NCBI GenBank assembly: GCA_044356455.1
Contig: JBIKWF010000003.1
Span: 60,413-124,412 of the forward strand
From: Bdellovibrionota bacterium
GTDB lineage: Bacteria > Bdellovibrionota_C > UBA2361 > JBGSMV01
DNA: 64,000 nt
Direction: 5' to 3'
In this document: positions 1 through 9,673 of the stretch, in pieces
Position numbering within the stretch: position 1 is the first letter of the stretch
How the letters are laid out: every line of letters begins with the position of its first letter
Position numbers and translations under genes: made by a program
Notes under the pieces: generated by a model
Database searches by the model: none
Seen by the model: only the letters and a program-made list of their open reading frames with translations
What the model was told of the DNA's origin: nothing

Positions 1-758
1 TCGTGGAACTCTTTTCGAGTAACCACCACGCCGCCCATATGGGTGCCAAAACCGCTGAGCCCCTTGGTAAGACTATGAACGATAACATCAACGCCAAACG
101 CCGCGGGCCTTTGGCACCAAGGGGTCGCAAAAGTATTGTCCATAACGGTGATAATCTTGCGATCTGCAGGCCGAGACTTATTAATCTCGCGCACCTCCTT
201 CATGATTGCTTCAAGGTCCAGGAGCTCAAGCGTTGGGTTCGCAGGAGACTCTAGATAAAGCACGCGAGTCTTCTCCGTAACGAGAGGAACAAAACTTTTT
301 GCGTTCGTAAGGTTGGCAAACTGGACTTTAAATCCAAACCTCGGAAACCACTCAGTGAAGAGGCTGTAGGTGCAGCCATACACCATGCTGTGCGAAATAA
401 CTTCCGATCCCGCGTCCAACAGAAAGATGACCGCGGCTTGAACTGCTGCCATTCCGGAGGCAAAGGTAAAGGCCATTTCGCTTTCTTCAGCGAGCGCGAG
501 GGCATACTGCAGCATATTATTGTTAGGCTCGCCCATGCGGTCGTACACATACATCGCATCAGGTCCCCCGCTCGGCAGCTTACCGAGGGCGCCAAAGGCA
601 TCTGCGCCTCGCTGGGAGGAGTCAAGCCGAAACGTGCTCGATGCGGTCATGGGAGGAATAACATGGTGAGAATAATCCCACTCTTCGGTGAAAGATTTGC
701 CGTAGATGAGGCGAGTAGGGATACTGTATTTGGTTTCGTCGAGCTTTTTTAGTGCCAT
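1..758 (-). CDS. megL: PLP-dependent Cys/Met metabolism enzyme, probably methionine gamma-lyase (3' end runs off the window)
   Basis: Not in the ORF track; translated by hand from ATG at 758: MALKKLDETKYSIPTRLIYG...YDRMGEPN...FASGMAAV...MVYGCTYSL...MDNTFATP...VHSLTKG. Contains the PLP lysine motif (S-x-T-K) and the YGCT motif characteristic of methionine gamma-lyases. SD-like GAGAAGG upstream. Confidence 0.8.
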   Translation of the reverse strand, partial: MALKKLDETKYSIPTRLIYGKSFTEEWDYSHHVIPPMTASSTFRLDSSQRGADAFGALGKLPSGGPDAMYVYDRMGEPNNNMLQYALALAEESEMAFTFASGMAAVQAAVIFLLDAGSEVISHSMVYGCTYSLFTEWFPRFGFKVQFANLTNAKSFVPLVTEKTRVLYLESPANPTLELLDLEAIMKEVREINKSRPADRKIITVMDNTFATPWCQRPAAFGVDVIVHSLTKGLSGFGTHMGGVVVTRKEFH

Positions 759-818
759 AGCAACCTTCTCGTAGAGATAAGACGGCGAAATGATAGCATA
801 CAAAGACGCCGAAGCAGG

Positions 819-1595
819 ATGACAAAAGTGACTTCAGAGCAAAATCCCTCACCTGCGCCTTGGTATGAAAGTGCCTTTGGCGAGGACTATCTCAAGATAT
901 ACGGGCATAGATCCCCAGAGCTGGCCGCACGCGAGGCCCGCTGGCTCACCACGGCTCTTGGCCTTTCCAGCAAAAATCTGGTTCTTGATGCAGCCTGCGG
1001 CAATGGTCGTCATGTGGCTGCGCTGCAATCTTTAGGGATCCCCACAATCGGGGCTGATTTATCAAAAGAGCTCCTGTCGGCGAGTAGAGACTTATTCGGC
1101 TCCTTGCCACTCGCTCGCCACGATGTCAGAGCACTTCCCTTTAGCAAAGGAACGTTTAGCCATATCATGCTGCTCTTCACGAGCTTTGGGTATTTTCACT
1201 CGGACCAGGAGCATGTGGCTATGCTTCAAGAAATTCGGCAGGCACTTTCATCAGGAGGTACGTTTGTACTCGACTTTCTGAATGCCGCCCGCACTATTGA
1301 GAGTCTCGCTCCCGAGACCACTCGCACCGTAGGAGACTTAACCATCATTGAACGCAGAGAATACGATAAAGAAACCGGCAGAATAAACAAAACTATCAAA
1401 GTCGCTTCACCTGGAGCAAACGGGGCCGAAACGGCTCGGAATTACCGCGAGTCGGTAAGAGCGTATACCGAGGAAGAACTTCGCGGCCTTTTGAAAGTAG
1501 CGGGATTTCGCATCGACGCACGGCACGGCGACTTTGATGGCGCCCCCTATTCTGCGTCAAGTCCACGACTTATTATGATTAGCCGAGCGACTTAA
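819..1595 (+). CDS. Class I SAM-dependent methyltransferase (candidate bacillithiol N-methyltransferase)
   Basis: Motif I VLDAACGNGRH, GADLS, HDVRALPF, LFTSFGYF, FVLDFLN. Substrate is inferred only from context. Confidence 0.85.
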   Translation: MTKVTSEQNPSPAPWYESAFGEDYLKIYGHRSPELAAREARWLTTALGLSSKNLVLDAACGNGRHVAALQSLGIPTIGADLSKELLSASRDLFGSLPLARHDVRALPFSKGTFSHIMLLFTSFGYFHSDQEHVAMLQEIRQALSSGGTFVLDFLNAARTIESLAPETTRTVGDLTIIERREYDKETGRINKTIKVASPGANGAETARNYRESVRAYTEEELRGLLKVAGFRIDARHGDFDGAPYSASSPRLIMISRAT

Positions 1596-2041
1596 TCTCC
1601 GGCTGCACCATTTTTCGGAGCCGCAAGTGGCGTGCGGCCGATAAAAAAGGCTGCTCCGAGAAGCATGGCACCAAAAACAATCCCGATAAATGGCTGCGCC
1701 CAGCGCGCGCGCCACGAGTCTGGGATTGCTTCCTTGGGCGAGGCGGGATCAAAGAGTAAATTTATCGTCTTTCCGACTTCGAGTATCACGGGGAATGCGT
1801 AGGACCTAAGCTCGACCTCGTGCCTGTCGCCCCGCGCATCAACAAACTCTGTGACAGGGAAAGAGCCCACTCGTTTGCCCGGCCAGGGCTTTTCGACATG
1901 AATTGCAATTACAGTCCCAACGACCTTCTCAGCTCTTGATACAAACCGAATGGAATGAAAGAGGGCGTAGGCCCCAAAAAGGAGCGGGACTGCGGCGCAG
2001 ATAAGGAGAAGGACTCCTAAACTATCAAATTGCTTCTTCAT
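1592..2041 (-). CDS. DUF3592-like membrane protein
   Basis: Two terminal TM helices flanking a beta-rich core (GTVIAI...FPVTEFVD...VGKTINLLFDPASP). Confidence 0.7.
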   Translation of the reverse strand: MKKQFDSLGVLLLICAAVPLLFGAYALFHSIRFVSRAEKVVGTVIAIHVEKPWPGKRVGSFPVTEFVDARGDRHEVELRSYAFPVILEVGKTINLLFDPASPKEAIPDSWRARWAQPFIGIVFGAMLLGAAFFIGRTPLAAPKNGAAGD

Positions 2042-2244
2042 TGCGCTCGCATTGTGGCCTTAGGAGCAAGGCAAGGAAAGGGCGGGACTTGAGTTGAAAT
2101 ATCCCTAGGATTCAACATCTTGGCCAGAAGCGTGTCCGTAGGTAGGCTATCGCCTTGCCACCACAATATGTAGTGGTAGGAATTTTACGGGACAGACTCC
2201 TCCCCCCTTCCCTTCTGAGGCGAGCCCCCTCATCATGCCCCGAC

Positions 2245-3837
2245 ATGGCAACCGTATTTGAATATTTTCACCAGCCTGGCGCGGAGGCAAAGCGCCTTTT
2301 CCCCTATTCGTACCTGGAGCAGGCCCAGCGCCTCGCTCGGGTTGCCGAGGTTAGCCGGCGTCCCCTTACACCTGAGGTAATTGCCAGCCTCATCTCTCAG
2401 AACCATGGGGCAGCTTCTCTTAAATTTCTCGACGGCCGTGCGCTTGCGTTTGTAGTGACCGGGCAGCAATTAGGGGTCCTCGGTGGCCCTCTCTTTACTC
2501 TTTATAAAATTGCGAGCGCAATAAAAGTTGCAGAGGCTCTAAGCGCTGAATCTGGAATCTCTGTGCTCCCGCTGTTTTGGCTGCAGTCCGAAGATCATGA
2601 CTATGCTGAAATCAGAAACACACACATTCTCTCGCGCGACAGTGACCCGGTTGAATTTGCATTACCAGAAAGTCCCCCCGGCATAGGTGGGCCCGTTGGA
2701 AAAATAGTACTTTCTCATGAAACTGCGGAGTCTCTGCGGTCTTTTCTCACCAGCAACTATGCCGGACGTGCTCCCGCTGGGCGCATTGACGAGGTCGCGC
2801 ACTGTTACCGTGAAGGAGAAACGCTTGCGCAGGCTATGGCGAGCTTGGTTAAAACTTGCTTTCGCGACACGCCACTTCTTGTTCTTGATGCGAATACGAG
2901 AGAGCTCAAACACTTCGCCGCTCCCCACTTGTTACGATTTTTTACTGAGAGCTCAGCGATTGAAGCGCTCCTTGAAGATCGCTCTGCCTTTCTTGCAACC
3001 CTAGGACTTACAAACACCGTACCCCTTCGACAAGGATACCCGCTCCCCTTTCTTGAAGTTCATGGGAAACGCGAGAGAATTCGGGCCTCCTCAGGATCGT
3101 TTACTACCTCGCGTGGCCCACTGAGCTTCGCAGAGCTTTCGCAGCAAGTTGAGCGCACGCCTGAAATCATCACCACCTCCGCTCTCGCACGGCCTCTCTT
3201 TCAAGATTTCTTGCTTCCCACCGCTGCCTACGTGGCTGGCCCAACCGAGTTTAACTATTGGGCGCAGATTCCGGGCCTTTATGACTTTTTTAAGATTCCG
3301 ATGCCCGTGGTGGTACCTCGCGGCAAGTTTGCGGTGCTGCCTGAGAATAGAGCAAGAATATTAGAAGAGGAGAAACTTTCTCTAACCGAAGTGCAGCTCC
3401 CTCTTGAGAAGCTCCTTGAGCTCCGCCTTGCCGGCTCTGCCGAAAGCCCAGAGCGCGTGTTCCAGGCCGCAGACACTCATCTTACAGCTCTTGAATCAGA
3501 GCTGCTTGCCGGGTTTAGCCACCTTGATAGCAAGCTCTTGCGCGAATCACTCACGCAAACAAGTCAAGCCATGCGTCATAATCTAGAGAAACTTAAGACA
3601 AAGTATCTACGAACCCTCACCGAACGACATCAGACCTTCACGCAAAGAGCGGAGAAGCTTCAAAGGCTGCTCCTTCCGAAAGGCGAGCTTCAAGAGCGCA
3701 TCATCTCGTTCTCCCATTTTTATCTTCTCGAAGGAGACTCGTTCGTGAAGAAAGTTCTTTCAAGCCTTACCTTCCCCTTTCCCCTGAGCACCCAGCTTCT
3801 CACCATACCCCCAGAATCAAAAGGAAATCTCACATGA
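2245..3837 (+). CDS. bshC: Bacillithiol biosynthesis cysteine-adding enzyme BshC
   Basis: VVTGQQLGVLGGPLFTLYK, FWLQSEDHDYAEI, LARPLFQD, YVAGPTEFNYWAQ, LQER. ATG at 2245 preferred to TTG at 2155. Confidence 0.93.
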   Translation: MATVFEYFHQPGAEAKRLFPYSYLEQAQRLARVAEVSRRPLTPEVIASLISQNHGAASLKFLDGRALAFVVTGQQLGVLGGPLFTLYKIASAIKVAEALSAESGISVLPLFWLQSEDHDYAEIRNTHILSRDSDPVEFALPESPPGIGGPVGKIVLSHETAESLRSFLTSNYAGRAPAGRIDEVAHCYREGETLAQAMASLVKTCFRDTPLLVLDANTRELKHFAAPHLLRFFTESSAIEALLEDRSAFLATLGLTNTVPLRQGYPLPFLEVHGKRERIRASSGSFTTSRGPLSFAELSQQVERTPEIITTSALARPLFQDFLLPTAAYVAGPTEFNYWAQIPGLYDFFKIPMPVVVPRGKFAVLPENRARILEEEKLSLTEVQLPLEKLLELRLAGSAESPERVFQAADTHLTALESELLAGFSHLDSKLLRESLTQTSQAMRHNLEKLKTKYLRTLTERHQTFTQRAEKLQRLLLPKGELQERIISFSHFYLLEGDSFVKKVLSSLTFPFPLSTQLLTIPPESKGNLT

Positions 3838-4592
3838 CCACATGCGACGCTCTTGCCATCTCTCCTCATCCTGATGATGCAGAAATAGGAGTCGGAGGCA
3901 CCCTGGCCCTGCTGAGCACCCGTGGATACGGCGTAGGAATTGTCGATCTCACCAAGGGCGAGCTTGGTTCGAGAGGCACGCCAGAAATGCGTGCGGCCGA
4001 GGCTGCGGAGGCAAGCAAGATTCTTGGCCTGCGCACGCGAATAAATTTAGGACTCCCCGATGGTCACCTTTCTGCACGTGACGACTCCCAAATGATTTCA
4101 ATCGTAGAGTGTTTGCGGCGCCTTAAACCCAAGCTCGTATTTATTGCGGCGCCTGACGGAAGACATCCCGATCATGACGAGGGCTATCAACTGGTGAAAC
4201 GTGCGCTTTTCTTTAGTGGTCTTCGGAAGTTTAGCACGCCGCATGCGATTGACCCACTCTCAGCTCCCACGATTCTTGAATACCCGACTCGCCGAGAAAT
4301 TTCTGCCTCGCTAGTAGTCGACGTTTCTTCCGTTTACGAACGCAAATTAGATTCCATTCGAGCCTATCGCTCGCAGCTTGGACTCGATAACTCATCAGGC
4401 CCAAAAACTCTTATGAGCTCCCCTCTGACGTTGGAGGCTATTAAGGCTCGAGACGTACTTGCAGGAGCAATGGTGGGAACGGCTCAAGGCGAGGCGCTAC
4501 GAAGCGCCTCGCCCCTTAAAGTAGAAGATCCCATGGCTTTCTTTTCTTCAGCTTCCGTAAGTGGAGCTGTGTTTTTTCCTGAGGCACCATGA
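3834..4592 (+). CDS. bshB1: GlcNAc-malate deacetylase BshB1 (PIG-L family)
   Basis: SPHPDDAEIG, DLTKGELGSRG, RHPDH, AYRSQ. ATGA overlap with the bshC stop. Confidence 0.93.
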   Translation: MTTCDALAISPHPDDAEIGVGGTLALLSTRGYGVGIVDLTKGELGSRGTPEMRAAEAAEASKILGLRTRINLGLPDGHLSARDDSQMISIVECLRRLKPKLVFIAAPDGRHPDHDEGYQLVKRALFFSGLRKFSTPHAIDPLSAPTILEYPTRREISASLVVDVSSVYERKLDSIRAYRSQLGLDNSSGPKTLMSSPLTLEAIKARDVLAGAMVGTAQGEALRSASPLKVEDPMAFFSSASVSGAVFFPEAP

Positions 4593-5755
4593 CTTCCGAA
4601 CGCCCCCTGAACATTGGCATAACGTGTTACCCAACCTACGGCGGAAGCGGCGTCATTGCCACCGAGCTTGGCATGGCCATGGCCGCGCGCGGTCACCGCG
4701 TTCATTTTATTGCCTACGACATTCCGCGGCGCCTCAATCAATTCCTTGATAATGTTTTCTTTCATGAGGTTGAGCTGCGCGATAATCCCGTCTTTAGGCA
4801 CCCGCCCTACACACTCGCCTTGTGCTCAAAGATGGTAGACGTCGCTACCAATGAGAAAATCGACCTCTTTCATGTTCACTATGCAGTGCCTCATGCTACG
4901 AGCGCCTACCTTGCGAAACAGATCTTGGGGGCTCGAGCACCAAAGATTCTGACCACTCTTCATGGTACCGATATCACCCTCGTGGGCCACGATCGCAGCT
5001 ACCTTCCGATAACTCGCTTCTCGATAGAACAGAGCGACGAAGTAACCGCGCCGTCTCAGTTTCTTAAAGATGCGACCTATCAAAAGCTTGGGGTTTCCTC
5101 AGATCGCTCGATTCTTGTCGTCCCCAATTTTGTAGACACTGAGGAATTTAAGCCCTTCTGCAAAGAAAACCCGTGCAAGCCTAGGCCAAAGCTCTCGGAG
5201 TGTTCGACAAATGAAAAAGTTCTCATACACGTCTCTAACTTCCGCCCGGTGAAGCAGGTAGACCAAGTCGTTAAGGTCTTTAACCTTGTCCAGAAGCAGA
5301 TCCCGTGCCATCTGATTCTTGTTGGCGACGGCCCCGAGCGTTCAACCGTTGAAGCGCTCGTTAAAGAGCTCGGACTAAAGAGCAAAGTCTGTTTCTTTGG
5401 CAAACAAGATTCAATTGCAGAAATTTTGCAGCGCTCCCATGTCTTTCTTCTGCCAAGCAAGAACGAAAGCTTCGGACTGGCAGCCCTCGAAGCAATGAGT
5501 TGCGGCCTCCCTGTCGTCGCTTCGCGAGTGGAAGGAATTCCTGAGGTCGTGCTTCACGGCAAAGTTGGGTTCCTCGCTGAGCCAGATAACGTCGAAGAAA
5601 TGGCAGCTCACACGCTTTCACTCCTGAAAGATGAAGCTCTCTATTCACGCATGTCTCTTAGTGCGCGGGAGCTCGTGGTCTCACAATACGGGAAAGACTT
5701 ACTCGCCTCCCAATTTGAGAGCCTGTACTACTCGCTCACCTCAGCTTCCCGTTGA
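4589..5755 (+). CDS. bshA: N-acetyl-alpha-D-glucosaminyl L-malate synthase BshA (GT4)
   Basis: IGITCYPTYGGSG, HVHYAVPHA, TTLHGTDITLVG, HVSNFRPVK, ESFGLAALEAM. ATGA overlap with bshB1. Confidence 0.96.
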   Translation: MTSERPLNIGITCYPTYGGSGVIATELGMAMAARGHRVHFIAYDIPRRLNQFLDNVFFHEVELRDNPVFRHPPYTLALCSKMVDVATNEKIDLFHVHYAVPHATSAYLAKQILGARAPKILTTLHGTDITLVGHDRSYLPITRFSIEQSDEVTAPSQFLKDATYQKLGVSSDRSILVVPNFVDTEEFKPFCKENPCKPRPKLSECSTNEKVLIHVSNFRPVKQVDQVVKVFNLVQKQIPCHLILVGDGPERSTVEALVKELGLKSKVCFFGKQDSIAEILQRSHVFLLPSKNESFGLAALEAMSCGLPVVASRVEGIPEVVLHGKVGFLAEPDNVEEMAAHTLSLLKDEALYSRMSLSARELVVSQYGKDLLASQFESLYYSLTSASR

Positions 5756-6535
5756 GGAATACTTGGCCACGCCCATTCTCCAAAAAAGGGCAGCGATTCC
5801 TGAACTGACAAGCGCCACCAAGGGAGAGGCATAAGCCAGCGCCTCTCTCTTTTCTGGCCCGAAGAAATGCGTGGCAGGATAGAAAGAGACAAACGCAAAG
5901 GGGATTATCCAGCTCAGGAAGATCTGCAGAAACCGATTGAAGATCGGCAGCGGATACCTGCTGAAGGATACAAGATTGTAGACCGGCGGGACGAGTCCAA
6001 GCCTGTCCTCGAAGTGGAATGAGGCAGTAGCTACTGTAGTAAACACGGCAACTAAAATAACCGCCCCCGAACAGAGACTCACCACAAGCCACAAAATATC
6101 AGCGAAGCCAAAGGAAAGTTGCGCACCGGAAGCCGCGTAGAAAAGTATTCCCACCCCCAAAAGAAGCGCTCCAATACTCTCAAGGTTGAATGATTCAAAA
6201 AGTACCTGGAACAGGCTGTTCAGTGGCCTCAGTAGGACGCGGTCGAACTGTCCCTCAATGATGTACTTGTCGCTGAAGCGATACAGATTAACGGAGATAA
6301 GCCCGAAGAGAGACGTAGCAATGAGAGAGTAGCCATAGATGAAAAGCACCTGCTCCCGGTCCCAGCCCTTAAGGTTCGAGACTGCCTTGCCGTCGAGAAG
6401 CAGAAATATAAAAACAACGCCCCCAATGGCGGAGAAAAGACTCGCCACCAAACCGGAGAAAAAATCCATGCGATAGCTAAGGCGCGCCTTCAAGAACTGC
6501 ACGAAATAGAGGAGATAAATTCGTATGGAGTGCAT
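5741..6535 (-). CDS. ABC-2 family transporter permease (DUF990/ABC-2 type 6-like)
   Basis: LSYRMDF, GQFDRVLLRP, FSRYP, IPFAFVSFYP; multiple TM helices. Confidence 0.85.
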   Translation of the reverse strand: MHSIRIYLLYFVQFLKARLSYRMDFFSGLVASLFSAIGGVVFIFLLLDGKAVSNLKGWDREQVLFIYGYSLIATSLFGLISVNLYRFSDKYIIEGQFDRVLLRPLNSLFQVLFESFNLESIGALLLGVGILFYAASGAQLSFGFADILWLVVSLCSGAVILVAVFTTVATASFHFEDRLGLVPPVYNLVSFSRYPLPIFNRFLQIFLSWIIPFAFVSFYPATHFFGPEKREALAYASPLVALVSSGIAALFWRMGVAKYSSTGS

Positions 6536-6610
6536 GAGAATCTTAACTCCTTCGCATTCAGTTCATATCTGCGGCCTCGGTCGAATGGGCCGCCTTAGGT
6601 TAGAGTCCCC

Positions 6611-7357
6611 TTATATAACAGCCAAGAGAGCATCCTGCACGCCTTTAAGCTCCGGAGTATCTCCGTATACTTCCCTATGCAGAGATACGAGCTCAGCGAA
6701 TCGCCTCAAGGGGCCATTCAGGATTTCGCGATGCGCCTCTTCAAGATGAGGGAGATGCTCAAGCACATTGCGAATAAGAAGCACCACTCTTTCTTCCCCA
6801 TCCTCGGCCATGGACGCGAGAGCTTTCTCCGCGCGCCTTAACAAGCGCAGCACACTGGAGAGTCTGCGGTTTTGAAGTTTTCGATCCCTTGATGATTCTT
6901 CATGAGAATCACCGAAGGGGTGATGTGCGGTTTGGGAAGTACCAGAGGCGGGAGCTCCGGACTGAGCCGCATGCAATTCGGGTAAACTCCTCAGAGTCGC
7001 CCCGACAAGGGACGGTAGGATTTGTCCTCCAGAACCTGCCGCGCTTCCAAATTGCTGCGAAAGAACAATCGAAGAGAAAAGCAGCACGGTATAAGGAGTA
7101 AGTAGCTGCCAGGCACCTTGTGGGCGCGCCGAGTTCGAATTCGGTGAGGATGACGCAAAAAAATCACTGCCTTTCGAGTCGGTATTTCTCAGCCTTCCCT
7201 TTTCTCGGGGAGTTTCGCCGCGCTCAGCTTCGGGAGAGAATCCGGGGAACTTTGAGCGAAGGGGGCCAAAAGTGGGCGAATCTTCGGGACCAGATACAAG
7301 GGCTCGGTTCCTAGGGGTAGCCTCAAGGCTTCTCAGCTGATCGTGAAACGTCCTCAT
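6611..7357 (-). CDS. Hypothetical protein (disordered N-terminus, helical C-terminus)
   Basis: 248-aa ORF filling the gap between neighbours; no recognisable motif. Confidence 0.5.
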   Translation of the reverse strand: MRTFHDQLRSLEATPRNRALVSGPEDSPTFGPLRSKFPGFSPEAERGETPREKGRLRNTDSKGSDFFASSSPNSNSARPQGAWQLLTPYTVLLFSSIVLSQQFGSAAGSGGQILPSLVGATLRSLPELHAAQSGAPASGTSQTAHHPFGDSHEESSRDRKLQNRRLSSVLRLLRRAEKALASMAEDGEERVVLLIRNVLEHLPHLEEAHREILNGPLRRFAELVSLHREVYGDTPELKGVQDALLAVI

Positions 7358-7398
7358 CCTGGTAGGTCATACACAAACATCGGTCTAGAAGCTAGTCT

Positions 7399-8322
7399 GT
7401 GAATATAATCGAATACTTGCGCTATCATATTGAGTCCTGGCGGAATCCGACTCGCAAGGACTTTATTAACGGAGGCTATGGCATCTCGGAGCGCTATAAA
7501 CGCTGCGAAAGATATTGGGCGCCGCACCTTAAGCTCTCTAAGGAATTTATTGCTGCCGCGCTTGGCGGACTTGAACGCTCGGAAATTTTAATTCTTGGGG
7601 CTGGGAGACTGCTGGACGTCCCGTTATTGCAGGCGAGCTCCCACGCAAGGCGCATCACGCTCGTTGATGCCGATCCCGCGGCAGTCTCATCATGGAAAGC
7701 AGCCCAGCGAAAAGTCCCTCCGACGACGGAGCTCTGTCAGATACTTGCCGACGTTAGTGGGCGCCTCGACCGCTGGACTGCGGCGCTATCCGCACAGCCC
7801 CGAGATATTTCTCTGCAGGCCGCGGAGAAGACGCTACGCTCCCTGCTTGCTCCTTCTGAGCCTCCCCTCCTACCTGCCTCACCCTCGGAGTGCGTAGTTT
7901 CAGTTAATCTTCTCAGTCAAATTCCAATTTTCTGGGAAGACAGGGTGCGTGCGGCATGGCCTCACCTGGCCCAAGGACCAGAAGATCTCTTTGCTCCCCC
8001 TTTGGAGCAGGCGCTCACCGAAACCAAGAGCCGGCTTATTGATGAGCATCTCTCGATGCTAGAACGCCTGAGCACCAGCCGCATAGTCCTTCTTAGCGAT
8101 CTTCTTTTTCACTACTACACCAAAGACCAATCTGATTGGCGCACAGAACCCGCTCTCGGATTTGAACGCGACATCACTATCCATGGATTTAACTTAGTAA
8201 AGAAAGATTCGTGGCTCTGGCATCTCGCGCCTCAAGGCATTGAGCGCACGGAATATGGGGAGATTCACACCGTGGGGGCGTTCGATCTGCGGCGCACACA
8301 AGAGGAGAGGGGGGATCGGTAG
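7399..8322 (+). CDS. Hypothetical protein with SAM/Rossmann-like motif
   Basis: ILILGAGRLLDV followed by ITLVDAD and VVSVNLLSQ, resembling a methyltransferase-like fold. Confidence 0.65.
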   Translation: MNIIEYLRYHIESWRNPTRKDFINGGYGISERYKRCERYWAPHLKLSKEFIAAALGGLERSEILILGAGRLLDVPLLQASSHARRITLVDADPAAVSSWKAAQRKVPPTTELCQILADVSGRLDRWTAALSAQPRDISLQAAEKTLRSLLAPSEPPLLPASPSECVVSVNLLSQIPIFWEDRVRAAWPHLAQGPEDLFAPPLEQALTETKSRLIDEHLSMLERLSTSRIVLLSDLLFHYYTKDQSDWRTEPALGFERDITIHGFNLVKKDSWLWHLAPQGIERTEYGEIHTVGAFDLRRTQEERGDR

Positions 8323-8340
8323 GGACGGGGTTGGCGGTGG

Positions 8341-9366
8341 TTACAATGGCTGCGGACTACGAGTGCGCACTCGGCCTACTGCCAATGCAAGAAGGCAAGA
8401 ATATGCTTTGGCGTCAAGGAGGAGAAACGCGGCCACACCAGTGCCTACCGCGAGGAGCTTCTGGAGCGAAATGGACTCGGCATGGAACACCACCCCGAAA
8501 AGCGTCGCCAGCAAGAAATAAACGCTCATAGTGAAGAACTTCTTCACTATCACAATCGTTCCTTGGTCAAAGTATGCAAGGTAGCGCCAATTAAGCTGTG
8601 CCACGACCCCAATACATAGAAGAAGCCCTGCGCCAAGCCCTACCGAAGTAAGTGGGATTGCCGCAGTGTTGGTGAACAACAAACAGACTGGAAGCCCAAT
8701 AGCCGCAGTAGCTCCACCGACCCATAGATTAAAACGCGCTCTCCCCGTCTCCTCTAGGACGCCGCAGGCCCTATCAATTCTACTCACTGCAGAAGTCGCA
8801 AGTTCATTAATTGCTGAGAAAACAGAAATCAAGAGACTAAGACAAACCCACCTCGGCACTTCGAGAATCGAGCTACTCCACGGCGCCCCCACAAACAACC
8901 ACCCGGCGACAAGAAACAAAACAATCCCTACGACCTGGTGAAGCCGAAGTCTTTCACCAAACAGAATCCAGGCGACAGGAGCTGCGAGTACAATTGAGAA
9001 CATTCGGAGAAATGTCGAGGCGCCGATATCCGCCCCCGGAAGACTATAGACATACACCCCTACCGTGGTGTTGAACAAAGCCCCGAGGGCGAATACTCCG
9101 TAGAGGGCAATTGCTTTTATGGTCTTGGGGCGCCACTCGCGCGGCTCCGAGCGCAAGAATAAGGCGCCATGAAAAGCCTGAACTACGCCGCAAAACGCGG
9201 CGAGTAGCGAGCACCAAGAGACGGTCTTCGCAATCTCTCCAAGTAACTTGGATACGGCAGCCAAGCTCGCGCGATTAGCCCCTTCGAGCGCGGCCCAACC
9301 CACCCCTCCAATTCTTGGGAAGTATGATCTCTTTGATTTCTGCACGCTTATCTTCCCCGAACTCAC
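8341..9366 (-). CDS. DMT/EamA-like transporter
   Basis: About 10 hydrophobic segments; AWILFGERL and GVVFHAESI repeat-end motifs. Confidence 0.7.
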   Translation of the reverse strand: MSSGKISVQKSKRSYFPRIGGVGWAALEGANRASLAAVSKLLGEIAKTVSWCSLLAAFCGVVQAFHGALFLRSEPREWRPKTIKAIALYGVFALGALFNTTVGVYVYSLPGADIGASTFLRMFSIVLAAPVAWILFGERLRLHQVVGIVLFLVAGWLFVGAPWSSSILEVPRWVCLSLLISVFSAINELATSAVSRIDRACGVLEETGRARFNLWVGGATAAIGLPVCLLFTNTAAIPLTSVGLGAGLLLCIGVVAQLNWRYLAYFDQGTIVIVKKFFTMSVYFLLATLFGVVFHAESISLQKLLAVGTGVAAFLLLDAKAYSCLLALAVGRVRTRSPQPL

Positions 9367-9534
9367 TCACCAACTCCTGCGCATGGCGCACTGGAGAGAG
9401 CGCCTTGGTTGAAAGAGTTATGAGCAGATTGCGGGGTGAGGTGAGATGGGAAGACCAGACATTCTATGACGCGTGCATGGGGAACGAGGTTCCCTCTCCA
9501 GGAGTTTTACCTAGGGATTCTCTGAATAAGTCCA

Positions 9535-9607
9535 CTCTGTGAACTCTGTGCCCTCTGTGGTTGATTCAAATTTTTGAAAAACCACAGAGGACACAGAGTT
9601 CACAGAG
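9535..9607. repeat. 28-bp near-perfect inverted repeat (REP-like hairpin)
   Basis: ctctgtgaactctgtgccctctgtggtt (9535-9562) pairs with aaccacagaggacacagagttcacagag (9580-9607) with one mismatch; each arm is built from three ctctgtg units. Confidence 0.9.
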
Positions 9608-9673
9608 AAAAAAGATAAAATATCGGGGTTTTTCAGAGGCTTCCTAGGCAAATATCGCAAGGTTCGGAGCGTT

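Noticed and set aside
3..852. Short track ORFs at the left edge
   Set aside because: They are shadows of the minus-strand lyase CDS starting at 758.
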